Assembly (NCBI GenBank): GCA_016204605.1
Contig: JACQKK010000010.1
Span: forward strand, 7,636-71,635
Reading direction: 5' to 3'
From: Candidatus Lambdaproteobacteria bacterium
GTDB lineage: Bacteria > SAR324 > JACQKK01
Length of the DNA stretch: 64,000 nucleotides
This document shows, in pieces, positions 26,255 to 36,940 of this stretch. The position numbers were made by a program, and so were the translations under genes. Within the stretch, counting starts at the first letter, position 1. Each line of letters opens with the position of its first letter. Below the pieces are notes generated by a model that searched no databases, was not told where the DNA came from, and was given only the letters and a program-made list of their open reading frames with translations.

Positions 26255-27220
26255 GTGAAGCTGCGCTATCTCGGCAAGTCAGGCTTACAGGTGTCGGTCG
26301 TCGGGCTCGGGTGCAACAACTTCGGTGGCCGCACGGACCTGGAGGGAACCCGCGCCGTCGTGCACAAGGCGCTCGATCTGGGGATCACGCTGTTCGACAC
26401 GGCGGATACCTACGGCGACCGCGGCAAGTCGGAGACGTTCCTCGGGCAGATCCTCGGCGAGCGGCGCAAGGAGATCGTGCTGGCGACGAAGTTCGGGATG
26501 GTGATGGACGACGCGGGCATCAAGCGGGGCGGCTCCCGCCGGTACATCATGGCGGCCGTCGAAGACAGCCTGCGCCGGCTCAAGACGGACTGGATCGACC
26601 TCTACCAGATGCACCGCCACGATCCGTTCACGCCGATCGAGGAGACCCTGCGCGCGCTGGACGACCTGATCCGGCAGGGCAAGGTGCGCTACATCGGCAA
26701 CTCGAACTTCACCGGCTGGCAGGCGGTCGAGGCGGAGTGGACGGCGCGCTCCTGCGGCCTCAACCCGTTCATCTGCTGCCAGAACGAGTACAGCCTGGTC
26801 ATGCGCGATATCGACAAGGAGTTGGTCCCCGCCATCGCCAAGTATGGGCTGGGACTACTGCCCTTCTTCCCGCTCGCCGGCGGGATGTTGACCGGCAAGT
26901 ACAAGCGCAGCGCGCCCATGCCGAAGGGGGCGCGGCTCACCAACACCAAGCGCCTGGCCGACAAGTACCTCACCGACGAGAACTGGCCCATCGTCGAGCG
27001 GCTGGAATCCTTCTGCGCCGAGCGCCACCACACGCTGCTGGAGCTGGCCTTCAGCTGGCTGGCCGCACGGCCGGGGGTCGCCAGCGTGATCGCCGGCGCC
27101 ACCAAGCCCGAGCAGCTCCAGCAGAACGTCGTCGCCGCCGATTGGGCGCTCACCCCGGCGGAACTGGCGGAGATCGACAAGCTGACCGCCAAGGGCCCGG
27201 TGGCGACCGGCGCGGCGTGA
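26255..27220 (+). CDS. aldo/keto reductase
   Basis: The protein has ...LGKSGLQVSVVGLGCNNFG...LFDTADTYG...LDLYQMHRHDP... A GTG start is preceded by GAGAGG. It lies inside the tool ORF 25607..27220. Confidence 0.8.
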   Translation: MKLRYLGKSGLQVSVVGLGCNNFGGRTDLEGTRAVVHKALDLGITLFDTADTYGDRGKSETFLGQILGERRKEIVLATKFGMVMDDAGIKRGGSRRYIMAAVEDSLRRLKTDWIDLYQMHRHDPFTPIEETLRALDDLIRQGKVRYIGNSNFTGWQAVEAEWTARSCGLNPFICCQNEYSLVMRDIDKELVPAIAKYGLGLLPFFPLAGGMLTGKYKRSAPMPKGARLTNTKRLADKYLTDENWPIVERLESFCAERHHTLLELAFSWLAARPGVASVIAGATKPEQLQQNVVAADWALTPAELAEIDKLTAKGPVATGAA

Positions 27221-27248
27221 CCCGGCGTTTCTGTTCAGGAGGCTCCCC

Positions 27249-28661
27249 GTGACCGACCTGCACGAATTGTCCATTGCCGAGGCGGCTCCGCTGATCGAGG
27301 CCCGCCGGCTCTCGCCCGTCGAGCTGACGGAGGCGTTGCTGCGCCGGATCGAGGCGCTGGAGGGCCGCCTGCACTGCTTCATCACCCGCACCCCGGAGCT
27401 GGCGCTCGAGCGGGCCCGCGTGGCGGAAGTGGAGATCGCGCGGGGCGGCTGGCGCGGCCCCCTGCACGGCATCCCCATCGGCCTGAAGGACATCTACGAC
27501 ACCGCCGGCATCCGCACCACCGGCCATTCCCGCCACGCGGAGCACCGCATCCCCAAGGCCGACGCGGCGGTGACGGACCGGCTCGCGAAGGCGGGCACGG
27601 TGCTGCTGGGCAAGCTCGCCACCCACGAGTTCGCGACCGGCGGCCCCTCCTTCGATCTGCCCTGGCCCCCGGCGCGCAACCCCTGGGACACGGAGCGCTT
27701 CACCGGCGGCTCCTCGAGCGGCTCGGGCGCGGGCGTGGCGGCGGGGCTGTTCGCCGGGGCGATGGGCTCCGATACGGGCGGCTCGATCCGCCTGCCGGCC
27801 GCCTATTGCGGCGTGGCGGGCATCAAGCCCACCTTCGGCCGGGTCAGCCGGCGCGGGGTGATCCCGCTCGCCTGGTCCTTCGACAGTTGCGGGCCGCTGG
27901 CGCGCACGGTGGAAGACAGCGCGATCCTGCTCCAGGCCATCGCCGGCCACGACCCCGCCGATCCCGCCAGCGCGGACGTGGCCGTGCCGGATTTTCGGGC
28001 TGGCCTGCGGGGCGGGGTGGCCGGGCTGCGCATCGGCTGGGTGCGCCACTTCTACGAGCAGGACCGGCCCGCCCGGCCCGAGGTGATCGCCGCCATGGAA
28101 GAGGCGGCGGGCGTGCTGCGGGGGCTGGGGGCGCACGTGGAGGAGGTGCGGCTGCCGAACCTGAAGGCGTTCCAGGCGTGCTACCGGATCATCGCCATGA
28201 CGGAGTCGTTCGCGGTGCACGAGCCGGCCATGACCCGCCACCCGGCGGAGTTCGGCGAGGTCACGCGCTACCGGGTGCTGCCCGGGGCTGTCTTGTCTGC
28301 GGCCGACTACGTGCAGGCCCAGCGCTACCAACGCCAGCTCCTCGCAGACGTGCTGGAGGTGCTGCGCGATCACGATGCCTTCATCACCGCCACCACCCCC
28401 GGCCCCGCCCCGAAGATCGAGAGCATGCGGCCCGAGGCGAACTTCGCCGATCCGCCGCTGACGGCGCCGTTCAACGTGGCCAACTGCCCGGCGCTGTCGC
28501 TATGCAACGGCTTCGCCGAGGGGCTGCCGCTGGCGATGCAGGTGGCGGGGCGCCCCTTCGACGAGGCGCTGGTGCTCAGGGTCGCCTACGCCTACGAGCA
28601 GGCCACCCCCTGGCACACGCGCCGACCCGGGATCGACGCCGGCGGCGCCGACCCCCCTTGA
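27249..28661 (+). CDS. amidase signature (GatA-like) family amidase
   Basis: It has the [14 protein letters not shown] amidase signature and ...GIPIGLKD... Confidence 0.85.
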   Translation: MTDLHELSIAEAAPLIEARRLSPVELTEALLRRIEALEGRLHCFITRTPELALERARVAEVEIARGGWRGPLHGIPIGLKDIYDTAGIRTTGHSRHAEHRIPKADAAVTDRLAKAGTVLLGKLATHEFATGGPSFDLPWPPARNPWDTERFTGGSSSGSGAGVAAGLFAGAMGSDTGGSIRLPAAYCGVAGIKPTFGRVSRRGVIPLAWSFDSCGPLARTVEDSAILLQAIAGHDPADPASADVAVPDFRAGLRGGVAGLRIGWVRHFYEQDRPARPEVIAAMEEAAGVLRGLGAHVEEVRLPNLKAFQACYRIIAMTESFAVHEPAMTRHPAEFGEVTRYRVLPGAVLSAADYVQAQRYQRQLLADVLEVLRDHDAFITATTPGPAPKIESMRPEANFADPPLTAPFNVANCPALSLCNGFAEGLPLAMQVAGRPFDEALVLRVAYAYEQATPWHTRRPGIDAGGADPP

Positions 28662-28669
28662 GGCCGACC

Positions 28670-28879
28670 ATGAGCGAGCCCCACGATCCCACCCTGCGCG
28701 CGGAGCTGGAGCAACTTGCCCGGCTGGGCGATGCAACTCTCTCCGCGCAGCAGCTCGACCAGCTGTGCGAGGCGTACGTGTACCTCGAAGCCATGCTCGG
28801 GCGCATCCCCCGCGACCGCCCCTGGCAGGACGAGCCCATGAACACGTTCCGGTTCCCCAAGCGCGGAGACGAGCGATGA
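28670..28879 (+). CDS. GatC-like small partner protein (AtzG-like)
   Basis: The 69-aa product has ...LEQLARLGDATLSAQQLDQLCEAYVYLEAMLG, which parallels the GatC pattern (LARL...QLD.IL.YVE.L). It sits between two amidase genes. Its stop overlaps the next ATG. Confidence 0.55.
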   Translation: MSEPHDPTLRAELEQLARLGDATLSAQQLDQLCEAYVYLEAMLGRIPRDRPWQDEPMNTFRFPKRGDER

Positions 28880-30519
28880 CGGCCGCGACCCAACACCTGA
28901 CCATTGCCGAGGCCGCCCGCCGCATCCAGGCCCGCCAGCTCTCCCCGGTCGAACTGACCGAGGCGGTGCTGCGCTGGATCGAGGCGGCCAATCCCCAGCT
29001 CGACGCGTTCGTGACGCTGCTGGCCGAACGCGCCCTCGACGAGGCCCGCCAGGCCGAGCGGGAGATCGGGGCCGGCCGCTATCGCGGGCCGCTGCACGGC
29101 ATCCCGCTCGGGCTCAAGGATATCTTCAACACGGCGGGGGTGCTCACCTCGGGCCACTCGCGCGTGATGATGCACAACGTCCCGCGCCAGGACGCCACCG
29201 CCACGGCCCGGCTGCGCGAGGCCGGGGCGATCCTGGTGGGCAAGCTCGCCACCCACGAGTTCGCCCACGGCGGCCCATCCTTCGACCTGCCCTGGCCCCC
29301 CGCCCGCAATCCCTGGCACCGCGACCACTTCACCGGCGGCTCCTCCAGCGGCTCCGGCGCGGCGGTGGCGGCGGGGATGGTGCTGGGGGCGCTGGGCTCG
29401 GACACGGGGGGCTCGATCCGCACCCCGGCCGCGCTCTCGGGCGTGGTGGGGCTCAAGCCGACCTACGGGCTCGTGAGTCGCCATGGCGTGATTACCAATT
29501 CCTACACCTTCGACCACGTGGGGCCGCTGGCCTGGACGGTCGAGGACGCGGCGCTCCTGCTCCAGGCCATCGCCGGCCATGACCCCCGCGACCCCGCCAG
29601 CGCCGAGCGACCCGTGGCCGACTACCGCGCGGCGCTGGCCGGCGGCATCAAGGGGCTGCGCATCGGCGTGCTCCGCCACACCTTCGAGCAGGATCTGCCC
29701 GTGCAGGCGGAGATGCGCGCCGCGCTGGAGGCGGCCCTCGACGTGTTCCGCGGGCTGGGCGCCGAGGTCTCGGACGCGCGCATGCGTCCGCTGCACGAGT
29801 ACTACGCCGTCAAGATCACCATCGCCGAAGCGGAGCTGTATGCCGTGCATGAGGGCAACCTGCGTACGCGGGTGGGCGACTTCGGCGAGGACTTCCTCGG
29901 CCGCTGCCTGCCGGCGTGCCTGATCCGCGGGCACGACTACGTGCAGGCCCAGCGGGAGCGGCGGGTGATCCTGGCCGAGATGGAAGCGCTGTACGACCGT
30001 CACGACGTGCTGGTCACCTGCGGGGCGGCGGGGCCGGCGCCGCGGCTCGACGCCTGGCGCACCATCGCCTTCTGGCAGCGGCCTTCACTCACCACGCCGT
30101 TCAACGTCACGGGCGGCCCGGCCCTCACGCAGTGCATGGGATTCAGCGCGGCGGGGCTGCCGCTCGGCCTGCAGATCGCCGGTCGCCCGTTCGCCGATGC
30201 GACCGTGCTGCGGGTGGCGCACGCGTATGAGCAGGCCACCCCCTGGCGCCGGAAGCGGCCGCCGCTGGAGCCGGGCGCGCCGTTCTCGCGGCAGTTGCCG
30301 CCCGTACCCGACCCCGCCACGGCCGAGGCCACCCCCGCCCAGCGCGACCGCATCGCCATGTTCGTGCGCCGGGCCGGGCTCACGCTCTCCGAGCGCCACT
30401 TCGAGCAGCTCTGCGCCAGCGCGCCCTACCTGGAGGCGATGCTGGGTGGCCTGCGCAAGGAGCGGGACTGGGGCCTGGAGCCGGCCAACGTGTTCTCCTT
30501 CCCGCGCGGGGCGGTCTGA
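28876..30519 (+). CDS. amidase signature family amidase with a C-terminally fused GatC-like domain
   Basis: The amidase core ([14 protein letters not shown]) is followed by about 80 extra residues (…[36 protein letters not shown]…EPANVFSFP). This extension resembles the upstream 69-aa protein. Confidence 0.8.
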   Translation: MTAATQHLTIAEAARRIQARQLSPVELTEAVLRWIEAANPQLDAFVTLLAERALDEARQAEREIGAGRYRGPLHGIPLGLKDIFNTAGVLTSGHSRVMMHNVPRQDATATARLREAGAILVGKLATHEFAHGGPSFDLPWPPARNPWHRDHFTGGSSSGSGAAVAAGMVLGALGSDTGGSIRTPAALSGVVGLKPTYGLVSRHGVITNSYTFDHVGPLAWTVEDAALLLQAIAGHDPRDPASAERPVADYRAALAGGIKGLRIGVLRHTFEQDLPVQAEMRAALEAALDVFRGLGAEVSDARMRPLHEYYAVKITIAEAELYAVHEGNLRTRVGDFGEDFLGRCLPACLIRGHDYVQAQRERRVILAEMEALYDRHDVLVTCGAAGPAPRLDAWRTIAFWQRPSLTTPFNVTGGPALTQCMGFSAAGLPLGLQIAGRPFADATVLRVAHAYEQATPWRRKRPPLEPGAPFSRQLPPVPDPATAEATPAQRDRIAMFVRRAGLTLSERHFEQLCASAPYLEAMLGGLRKERDWGLEPANVFSFPRGAV

Positions 30520-30584
30520 GCCGGCTGCTCGCGATCGTCGCGGACAAATCGGCTACGGAGTCGCCCGCGAAAGCTCACCCAACT

Positions 30585-30715
30585 CGACCCCCCTTCTCCA
30601 ACACTTGGAGAAGGGAGGGCGCCCGTCCAGTCGCTCCGCGTCCACAGCCCATCTCCCCCGCTCCAATTCCTGGAGAGAGGGCCGGGGGATGAGATCGCAG
30701 CCCGCAACCGCCCCC
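30585..30715. repeat. GC-rich hairpin (REP-like) intergenic repeat cluster
   Basis: It contains the palindromes ccttctccaacacttggagaagg and ctccaattcctggagag. They belong to the same family as the hairpins at 36705-36860, 38205-38365 and 58078-58143. Confidence 0.6.
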
Positions 30716-30832
30716 CGTCGTTGGTCAAGACACGTGTCGAGGGGTGAGCCGCATACGGGGAGGACAGCCCGCGCCGCCTCTGCTAAGCTCCAGACAAGAA
30801 CCATTGTCCGTTACCCGCGAAAGGAGAGAGCC

Positions 30833-31306
30833 ATGCAGAAGGCATACTTTGCGGCGGGCTGCTTCTGGGGCGTCGAGTCGGCGTTCCGCCAGGTCGAGGG
30901 CGTGCGGAGCACCGCCGTGGGCTACATGGGGGGCAAGACCGAGCAGCCGACCTACGAGGACGTATGCACCGACACCACCGGCCACGCCGAGACCCTGGAG
31001 GTCGAGTTCGACCCGGCGCAGGTCTCCTACGACCGGCTGCTGGATGTGTTCTGGGACGTGCACGACCCGACCACGCTCAACCGCCAGGGACCCGACTTCG
31101 GCACCCAGTACCGCTCGGCGATCTTCTGCACCGATGCCGGGCAGGATGCGGCCGCACGCGCATCGAAGGGGAAGATTGAACATTCCCGCCGCTTCGCCCG
31201 CCCGGTCGTGACCGAGATTGCCCCGGCCAGGACCTTCTGGCGCGCGGAAGAGTATCATCAGCAGTACTTCGACAAACGTGGTAGAAGGGCGCATTTGCCG
31301 CACTGA
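30833..31306 (+). CDS. msrA: peptide methionine sulfoxide reductase MsrA
   Basis: The protein starts [15 protein letters not shown] and has ...GYMGG...PTYE.VC...GHAE..EV.FDP. AAAGGAGAGAG precedes the ATG. Confidence 0.85.
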   Translation: MQKAYFAAGCFWGVESAFRQVEGVRSTAVGYMGGKTEQPTYEDVCTDTTGHAETLEVEFDPAQVSYDRLLDVFWDVHDPTTLNRQGPDFGTQYRSAIFCTDAGQDAAARASKGKIEHSRRFARPVVTEIAPARTFWRAEEYHQQYFDKRGRRAHLPH

Positions 31307-31552
31307 GAGGCTGCGGCGAAGTTCCGCAGGTGTGGCAGCGCGCCTGCGTTGTCCGTGTTGGTCAGGTGCCTTCCAGGGTCCAGGCTCGACACGCCGCGTC
31401 CCGGGCGGTCCGTCATGCCAATCTGATCTGTACCCGGTGCCGGGTCTCCGGCCAGGAAGGGCCTGGCGAGGCGTGTGCCGGCGGCCTGGCGGGCGACGTG
31501 GCCGGCGTACCCTGCGGTCGGCGTTCAGGCAGGCGACCAATCGGAGAATGCA

Positions 31553-32449
31553 ATGCTTGAGCATCTGCCCAAGAGCATCATCTTCTGGACATTGGGAATC
31601 GTCCTGGCAATCCCAATCGCGCTTGGCTCGTATTTCACGGTGCAGGAACAGGAGCGCGCCGTGCTGCTCCGCTTCGGCGAGGCGCAGGGGGTATACGGGT
31701 CAGGGCTGCACGCGAAGCTTCCGTTCATGGATACCGTCTACAAAGTGAACATCTCCATCCAGTCGCTCACGGACCACAAGGTCAACACCTACACGGTGGA
31801 CAACCAGGAGGTGAGTGGCGATTTCACCATCAACTTCCGCATTCCTGCATCCGAAGTGCTGCGCGTGTACAAGGAAGTCCCGGACTACCAGCAACGGCTC
31901 CGGACACTGGCCTCAGAGCGCTTCAAGCGCATCCTGGGCTCCTACAACACCCAGGAGCTTCCGAAGCTGCGGCAGGAAATCGCGCTGAAGGTCCACGATG
32001 TCGTCAAGGCGGAAGCGGCGCGCCTGTTCGGCATCGAGATCGTCGATTTCCAGTTCTCGAACGTGGACTACACCGCCAGGTACAAGACGGCCGTCGAGGC
32101 CGCGGCGGTCGCCAAGCAGGAGGTGGAACAGGCGGAACAGCAGAAGAAGAAGGCCCTTGTCGATGCAGACCAGCGGAAGATCGCCGCCATCGGTGAAGCG
32201 AATGCCGCACGCGAGGCCGCGCGCGGCGCCGCCGACGCCGTCCTGCTGAAAGCGGAAGCGGACGCCAAGGCGACCCGCCTGCAGGGGGCCGCCGAAGCCT
32301 CGGCCATCCACGCCCGCGCGGAAGCCCTGAAGGCCAATCCGATGCTGATCGAGCTGAAGAAGGCCGAAGCGTGGAACGGCGCCCTGCCGACCACCGTCGG
32401 GGTGGGGGCCGCCATTCCGTTCATCGACGTGCAGTCGGTGAAGAAGTGA
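31553..32449 (+). CDS. SPFH/band 7 (prohibitin-like) domain membrane protein
   Basis: An N-terminal TM segment is followed by ...YFTVQEQERAVLLRFGE..., the band 7 core, and a coiled-coil A/E/K-rich tail. Confidence 0.75.
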   Translation: MLEHLPKSIIFWTLGIVLAIPIALGSYFTVQEQERAVLLRFGEAQGVYGSGLHAKLPFMDTVYKVNISIQSLTDHKVNTYTVDNQEVSGDFTINFRIPASEVLRVYKEVPDYQQRLRTLASERFKRILGSYNTQELPKLRQEIALKVHDVVKAEAARLFGIEIVDFQFSNVDYTARYKTAVEAAAVAKQEVEQAEQQKKKALVDADQRKIAAIGEANAAREAARGAADAVLLKAEADAKATRLQGAAEASAIHARAEALKANPMLIELKKAEAWNGALPTTVGVGAAIPFIDVQSVKK

Positions 32450-32648
32450 AAAGTCCCGCGCTCCCGCCGCTACGCATTCCGCCGGTCGCCCCTGGATGCG
32501 CCGGCACGCGTCGCTTCCGCGAAAAACGTGATAAAAGGGCCGGAATGCCGCGCGGAGTGGCAAGGGCGCTGCCCGCGCGCGGAGCCGAAGGTGACGTGCC
32601 GCGGCGCCGGCGGCGCGCAGCCACGCGCCTGCCAGCCAAGGAGATGCG

Positions 32649-33869
32649 ATGACCGAAGCAGCCGTGGTGGCCCGCGTCCGCGATCAAAGCTCGATTTACC
32701 TGATCGGGATCGCGCACGGCACCACCCACTGGGTGGACAGTTCGTTTCTGGTGCTGCTGCCGTACCTGCTCAAGGATCTGGGTCTGACGTATACGGCCGC
32801 GGGCGCGCTGGTTTCCGGCAAGCACATCATGGCCGTGGTGGCCAACCTCGGCGCCGGGACGGTGGTGGACACGACCGGGCGGCGCGTCCCCCTGCTCGTG
32901 CTGGCGCTGATCCTGACGGGCTCCGGGCTCTTCCTGATCGGGCTGACCAAGGTCTATCTGCTGATCGCCGTGTTCTTCGCCGTCATCGGCATGGCCAACA
33001 ATGGCTGGCACGCGCCCGCGATGGCGTATCTGTCGGGCCGCTATCCCCAGCAGCGCAGCTTCGCCTTCGCCATGCACGCCACCGGCGCCAGCGTGGGCGA
33101 CATGGTCGCGCCGCTGGCGGTGGGGGCCTGGCTTACCCTGTTCACCTGGCAGGGCGCGGCGTTGATCAACGCGCTGCCGGTCTTCGCCGTGGCGCTGATG
33201 CTCTGGCTCTCGCTCGGCCCGCGCGAAAGCGCCGAGCGCGGCGCGCGCAAGGCGGGCATGGGCATGCGCGCCTATGGCAGCAGCCTGTGGGCCATGCTGC
33301 GGCAGCGGGCGGTGGTGGCGCTCTGCCTGATGGCGGGGCTGCGCTCCATGGCGCAGTCCGGGCTGCTGGTGTTCCTGCCCTTGTTCCTGGCCGATGTGCT
33401 TAAGGTGAGCCCGGTGATCATGGGGGCCAGCGTGATGGCGATGCACCTGGGCGGCGTGATCGTGACCCCGTTCGCGGGCGCCCTGGCGGACCGCATCGGC
33501 GCGCGCCCCGTGGTCATGGCGGGGATGACGGCCACCACCATCGTCATCGCGGGCATCACCTTCGTCACCCATCCCCTCGTCTATGTGGCCGTGGTCTCGG
33601 TGCTGGGGCTGGTGCTCTATGGGGTGCGGCCCGTCGTCCAGGCCTGGCTGATGAACAGCTCGCCCCCCGAGCTGCACGGTACGGCCACCAGCGTGATGTT
33701 CGGCACGCAATCGGCCCTGGCCGTCGTGATGCCGGTGCTGGGCGGGGTGGTGGCGGACCGCTACGGATTGACGTACGTGTTCTATCTGATCGCCGCGGTG
33801 ATGCTGCTCGCCAACCTCACCGTGCTGTTGCTGCCCAGGGACACCATTGCGAGGGCTACCGCCGACTGA
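32649..33869 (+). CDS. MFS transporter
   Basis: It is a 406-aa polytopic membrane protein with an MFS-like duplicated six-TM pattern. Confidence 0.7.
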   Translation: MTEAAVVARVRDQSSIYLIGIAHGTTHWVDSSFLVLLPYLLKDLGLTYTAAGALVSGKHIMAVVANLGAGTVVDTTGRRVPLLVLALILTGSGLFLIGLTKVYLLIAVFFAVIGMANNGWHAPAMAYLSGRYPQQRSFAFAMHATGASVGDMVAPLAVGAWLTLFTWQGAALINALPVFAVALMLWLSLGPRESAERGARKAGMGMRAYGSSLWAMLRQRAVVALCLMAGLRSMAQSGLLVFLPLFLADVLKVSPVIMGASVMAMHLGGVIVTPFAGALADRIGARPVVMAGMTATTIVIAGITFVTHPLVYVAVVSVLGLVLYGVRPVVQAWLMNSSPPELHGTATSVMFGTQSALAVVMPVLGGVVADRYGLTYVFYLIAAVMLLANLTVLLLPRDTIARATAD

Positions 33870-33993
33870 CCGGTACCGCCACGCGCGCCATGCCGGATTG
33901 ACGCCATGCCCGGTTCACGCCACGGCCGGGCCGACCTCTCCAGCCGCGGCGCTCCCGCGCGCGTATCTCTCATCCTGCCGAGGACTCCCCGAG

Positions 33994-34605
33994 ATGAAGC
34001 TCTACTGCACCCCGAACTCGCCGTTTGCCCGCAAGGTGCGCGTCGTCGCAATCGAGCTGAAGCTCGACGACCGGATGCAGCTGGTGCAGGCGACCCTGCG
34101 CGACAACGCCTCGCCGTACATGCGCGTGAACCCGGTCGGCCGTGTGCCGGCGCTCGAAACCGACGCTGGTCACGTCCTCACCGAGTCGTACCTGATCACC
34201 GAGTACCTCGATACCCTGCACGAGGGCCCGCGCCTGATCCCGGAGCGCGGCCCGGAGCGCTGGGACGTGTTGCGCCTGGAGGGCCTCGCCTGCGGGTTCG
34301 CCCAAGGCGTCGTGACCTGGGTGCACGAGTGGCGCCGGCCCGAGGCCGTGCGCTCCGACCCGGTGCTGGCCATGGAGCGCGACCGGGCGTCGCGCTGCAT
34401 CGACGCCTTCGAGGCGGAGGCCGCCGTCGGCACGCTCGATACGCCGGCGCGCCTGCTGCCCCAGATCACGATCGGCGCCTTCCTCGGCTTCTGCGACTAC
34501 CGCCTGCCGCGCTTCCCCTGGCGCGAAGGCCGCCCGAAGCTCGCCCAATGGTACGGGCGCTTCGCGGAGCGGCCGTCCATGAAGGCCACCGCGCCCAAGG
34601 GCTGA
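33994..34605 (+). CDS. glutathione S-transferase family protein
   Basis: The product has MKLYCTPNSPFARKVRVV...VPALE.D..HVLTES..I.EYL, a thioredoxin-like GST N-domain. Confidence 0.7.
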   Translation: MKLYCTPNSPFARKVRVVAIELKLDDRMQLVQATLRDNASPYMRVNPVGRVPALETDAGHVLTESYLITEYLDTLHEGPRLIPERGPERWDVLRLEGLACGFAQGVVTWVHEWRRPEAVRSDPVLAMERDRASRCIDAFEAEAAVGTLDTPARLLPQITIGAFLGFCDYRLPRFPWREGRPKLAQWYGRFAERPSMKATAPKG

Positions 34606-34892
34606 CTCGGGTTCATCCGGTACCGGGTCACCGCCGACCGGCGCCGATTGACTTTGGGGCCGCGTTGTCGAAACGTAGACCCCGGAGCCCGGGAGCCGGG
34701 CTCGCATCGCCGGGGCGGAGCGGCCGGCGCGGCACGCCCGCGCACGCCGCCCGGCGAGCGATGGCCCGCGCGAATCCCGCGCCCCCTGCCACCGGAGACG
34801 TACCGAAATGCTGCGCAAGACCTGCCTGATGCTGGGGCTCTAGGCGTCCCTTCCGCCCGCCCCGCCCCCTTGAACCTCCCACCACCCGCGCC

Positions 34893-35957
34893 ATGCTCAA
34901 CGAGAAACTGGTCGCCGAGCGGCTGACCTTCCAGGACTTCGAGGAAGTGAACGAGGCGTACCACGCCCGGCAGTGGACCGACGGGCTGCCGATCATCCCG
35001 CCCACGTTAGAGCGCGTGCAGGCGATGATCGCCGCCTCCGGACGGGCCGCGGGGGATACCGTCGCCGTCGTGCCACCGCGCTGGGCGGAGGCGAGCATCG
35101 AGAACGTGGCCATCAACGCGGTGATGGCGGGCTGCCTGCCCGAGCACATGCCGGTGCTGGTCGCGGCGCTCGAGGCGGCCTGCGACCCCGCCTTCGCGCT
35201 GTATAGCGTCCAGGCCACCACTCATCCCTGCGCGGTGCTGATGGTGGTGACCGGCCCGATCACCGAGCGGCTCAAGCTCAACCACCTGCACGGGGTCTAC
35301 GGCCCGGGCTTCCGCGCCAATGCCTCGCTGGGGCGGGCGATGCGGCTGGTGCTGCTCAACGTCGGGGGCGGCATCCCCGCCAAGGGCGACCAATCCACCC
35401 AGGGCTCCCCGGCCAAGTTCAGCTACTGCATCGCGGAGAACGAGCCAGGGACGCCCTGGGAGCCCTTCCGGGTGGCGCTGGGGTTCGGCAAGGGCGACAG
35501 CACCGTGACCGTGTTCTCCGGCGAGGCCCCGCACAACGTGAACGACCACGTGTGCACCTCGGCCTACACCGTGCTGAAAGTGATCGCGAGCACCATGAGC
35601 ACGCTGGCGCACAACCACGTCACGGCCGTGAAGATGGGCGACACGCTGGTGGTGCTGGGGCCCGAGCACGCGCACACCATCGCCGCGGGCGGTCTTTCCC
35701 GGCGCGACGCGCAGCAGTTCCTGTTCGACCACGCCCGCAACCCGGCCAAGACCATTCACGATGGCGGCCCCAACCGGCAGGAGAACTGGCCGAAATGGGT
35801 GCCCCGCGGCGATCCCGAGGCGATGATCCCCATCGTGGCGCGGCCGGAGGATATCCATATCCTCGTCGCGGGCGGCCCGGGCAAGCACTCGTCGTTCGTG
35901 CCCTGCTTCGGCTTCAGCAAGTCGGTCACCCGCCGCATCGAGACGGCGGCCACCTGA
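34893..35957 (+). CDS. conserved hypothetical protein (no family recognised)
   Basis: It is a 354-aa ORF with clean genome-typical codon usage (MLNEKLVAERLTFQDFEEVNEAYHARQWTDGLPIIPPT...NAVMAGC...). I could not place it in a family. Confidence 0.55.
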   Translation: MLNEKLVAERLTFQDFEEVNEAYHARQWTDGLPIIPPTLERVQAMIAASGRAAGDTVAVVPPRWAEASIENVAINAVMAGCLPEHMPVLVAALEAACDPAFALYSVQATTHPCAVLMVVTGPITERLKLNHLHGVYGPGFRANASLGRAMRLVLLNVGGGIPAKGDQSTQGSPAKFSYCIAENEPGTPWEPFRVALGFGKGDSTVTVFSGEAPHNVNDHVCTSAYTVLKVIASTMSTLAHNHVTAVKMGDTLVVLGPEHAHTIAAGGLSRRDAQQFLFDHARNPAKTIHDGGPNRQENWPKWVPRGDPEAMIPIVARPEDIHILVAGGPGKHSSFVPCFGFSKSVTRRIETAAT

Positions 35958-36089
35958 GACCGTGCCGCGTTCCGGTCGCGCCGGAAGCTCCGCGTCCCTG
36001 AGGTGCGCGATGCGCATCTCGAAGCCAGTCCTGAGCGGGTCGCAGGGGGCGCGGAGCACGCCCCACCCGACCACGTTCCCGGTTCTCCC

Positions 36090-36668
36090 ATGGCGCTCAC
36101 CCTGCGGCTGGCCACGGAGGCCGACGCGGCGGGCTGTCTCGCCATCTACCGCCCATTCGTCGAGCGCACGGCCGTCTCCTTCGAGACGGACGTGCCCTCG
36201 GTGGAGGCGTTCGCCGGCCGCATCGCCGCCGTCCTGCAGCGCGCGCCCTGGCTGGTCGCCGCAGACCCGGATGGGCCCAGCTCCTCGATCGCCGGCTACG
36301 CCTATGCCACGCGCTTCCGGGAGCGGGCCGCCTACCAGTGGGTGGTCGAGTCCACCGTCTACGTGGCCGAGTCCCACCGCGGCCGAGGGGTGGGCCGGCT
36401 GCTCTACGCGAACCTGTTGGCCTGCCTGCGGCTGCAAGGCTTCACGGCGGTCTACGGCGTGATCACGCTCCCCAACCCGGCCAGCGTCGCCCTGCACGAG
36501 GCGCTGGGCTTCACGCCGGCGGGGGTGTGGCCGGCCGTCGGCCACAAGCTGGGCGCCTGGCACGATGTGGGCCTTTGGCACCTCAGGCTACAGGCGCCGG
36601 CCCCCGAGCCGCGCCCGCCGACGCCCCTGCCCGAGCTGGCGGCGGAGCTGCGCTTCCCGCTCAGGTAG
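36090..36668 (+). CDS. GNAT family N-acetyltransferase
   Basis: It carries motif A, ...VYVAESHRGRGVGRLLYANLL..., in a 192-aa protein. Confidence 0.75.
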   Translation: MALTLRLATEADAAGCLAIYRPFVERTAVSFETDVPSVEAFAGRIAAVLQRAPWLVAADPDGPSSSIAGYAYATRFRERAAYQWVVESTVYVAESHRGRGVGRLLYANLLACLRLQGFTAVYGVITLPNPASVALHEALGFTPAGVWPAVGHKLGAWHDVGLWHLRLQAPAPEPRPPTPLPELAAELRFPLR

Positions 36669-36704
36669 TGCGGGTCAGACTGGTGGAATCGAGCGGGCCG
36701 GCGC

Positions 36705-36860
36705 CGCAGTCTCACCCCCGCCGCTGGCGCGTCCCCACCCCGCCCTGCGGGCACCCCTCCCCACCAAGCGGGGAGGGGAATTTGGCTATGGGCGCGCGCA
36801 ACTGATCGGGGCTCTTCCCTCTCCACCGGGAGAGGGAGGGCCGAGGGGACGGTGAGGCCG
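36705..36860. repeat. GC-rich hairpin (REP-like) repeat cluster
   Basis: The unit cgtccccaccccgccctgcgggcacccctccccaccaagcggggagggg is present, together with ccctctccaccgggagaggg. The same unit recurs at 58078-58143, and in reverse orientation at 38290-38330. Confidence 0.7.
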
Positions 36861-36940
36861 CGGGCAGAAGCGCCTGCTTTCGAACGGACCCGCTACCCCC
36901 GCTCGTTCCGGGTTGACGCCCGGGTGAGGACGCCGCCGGC

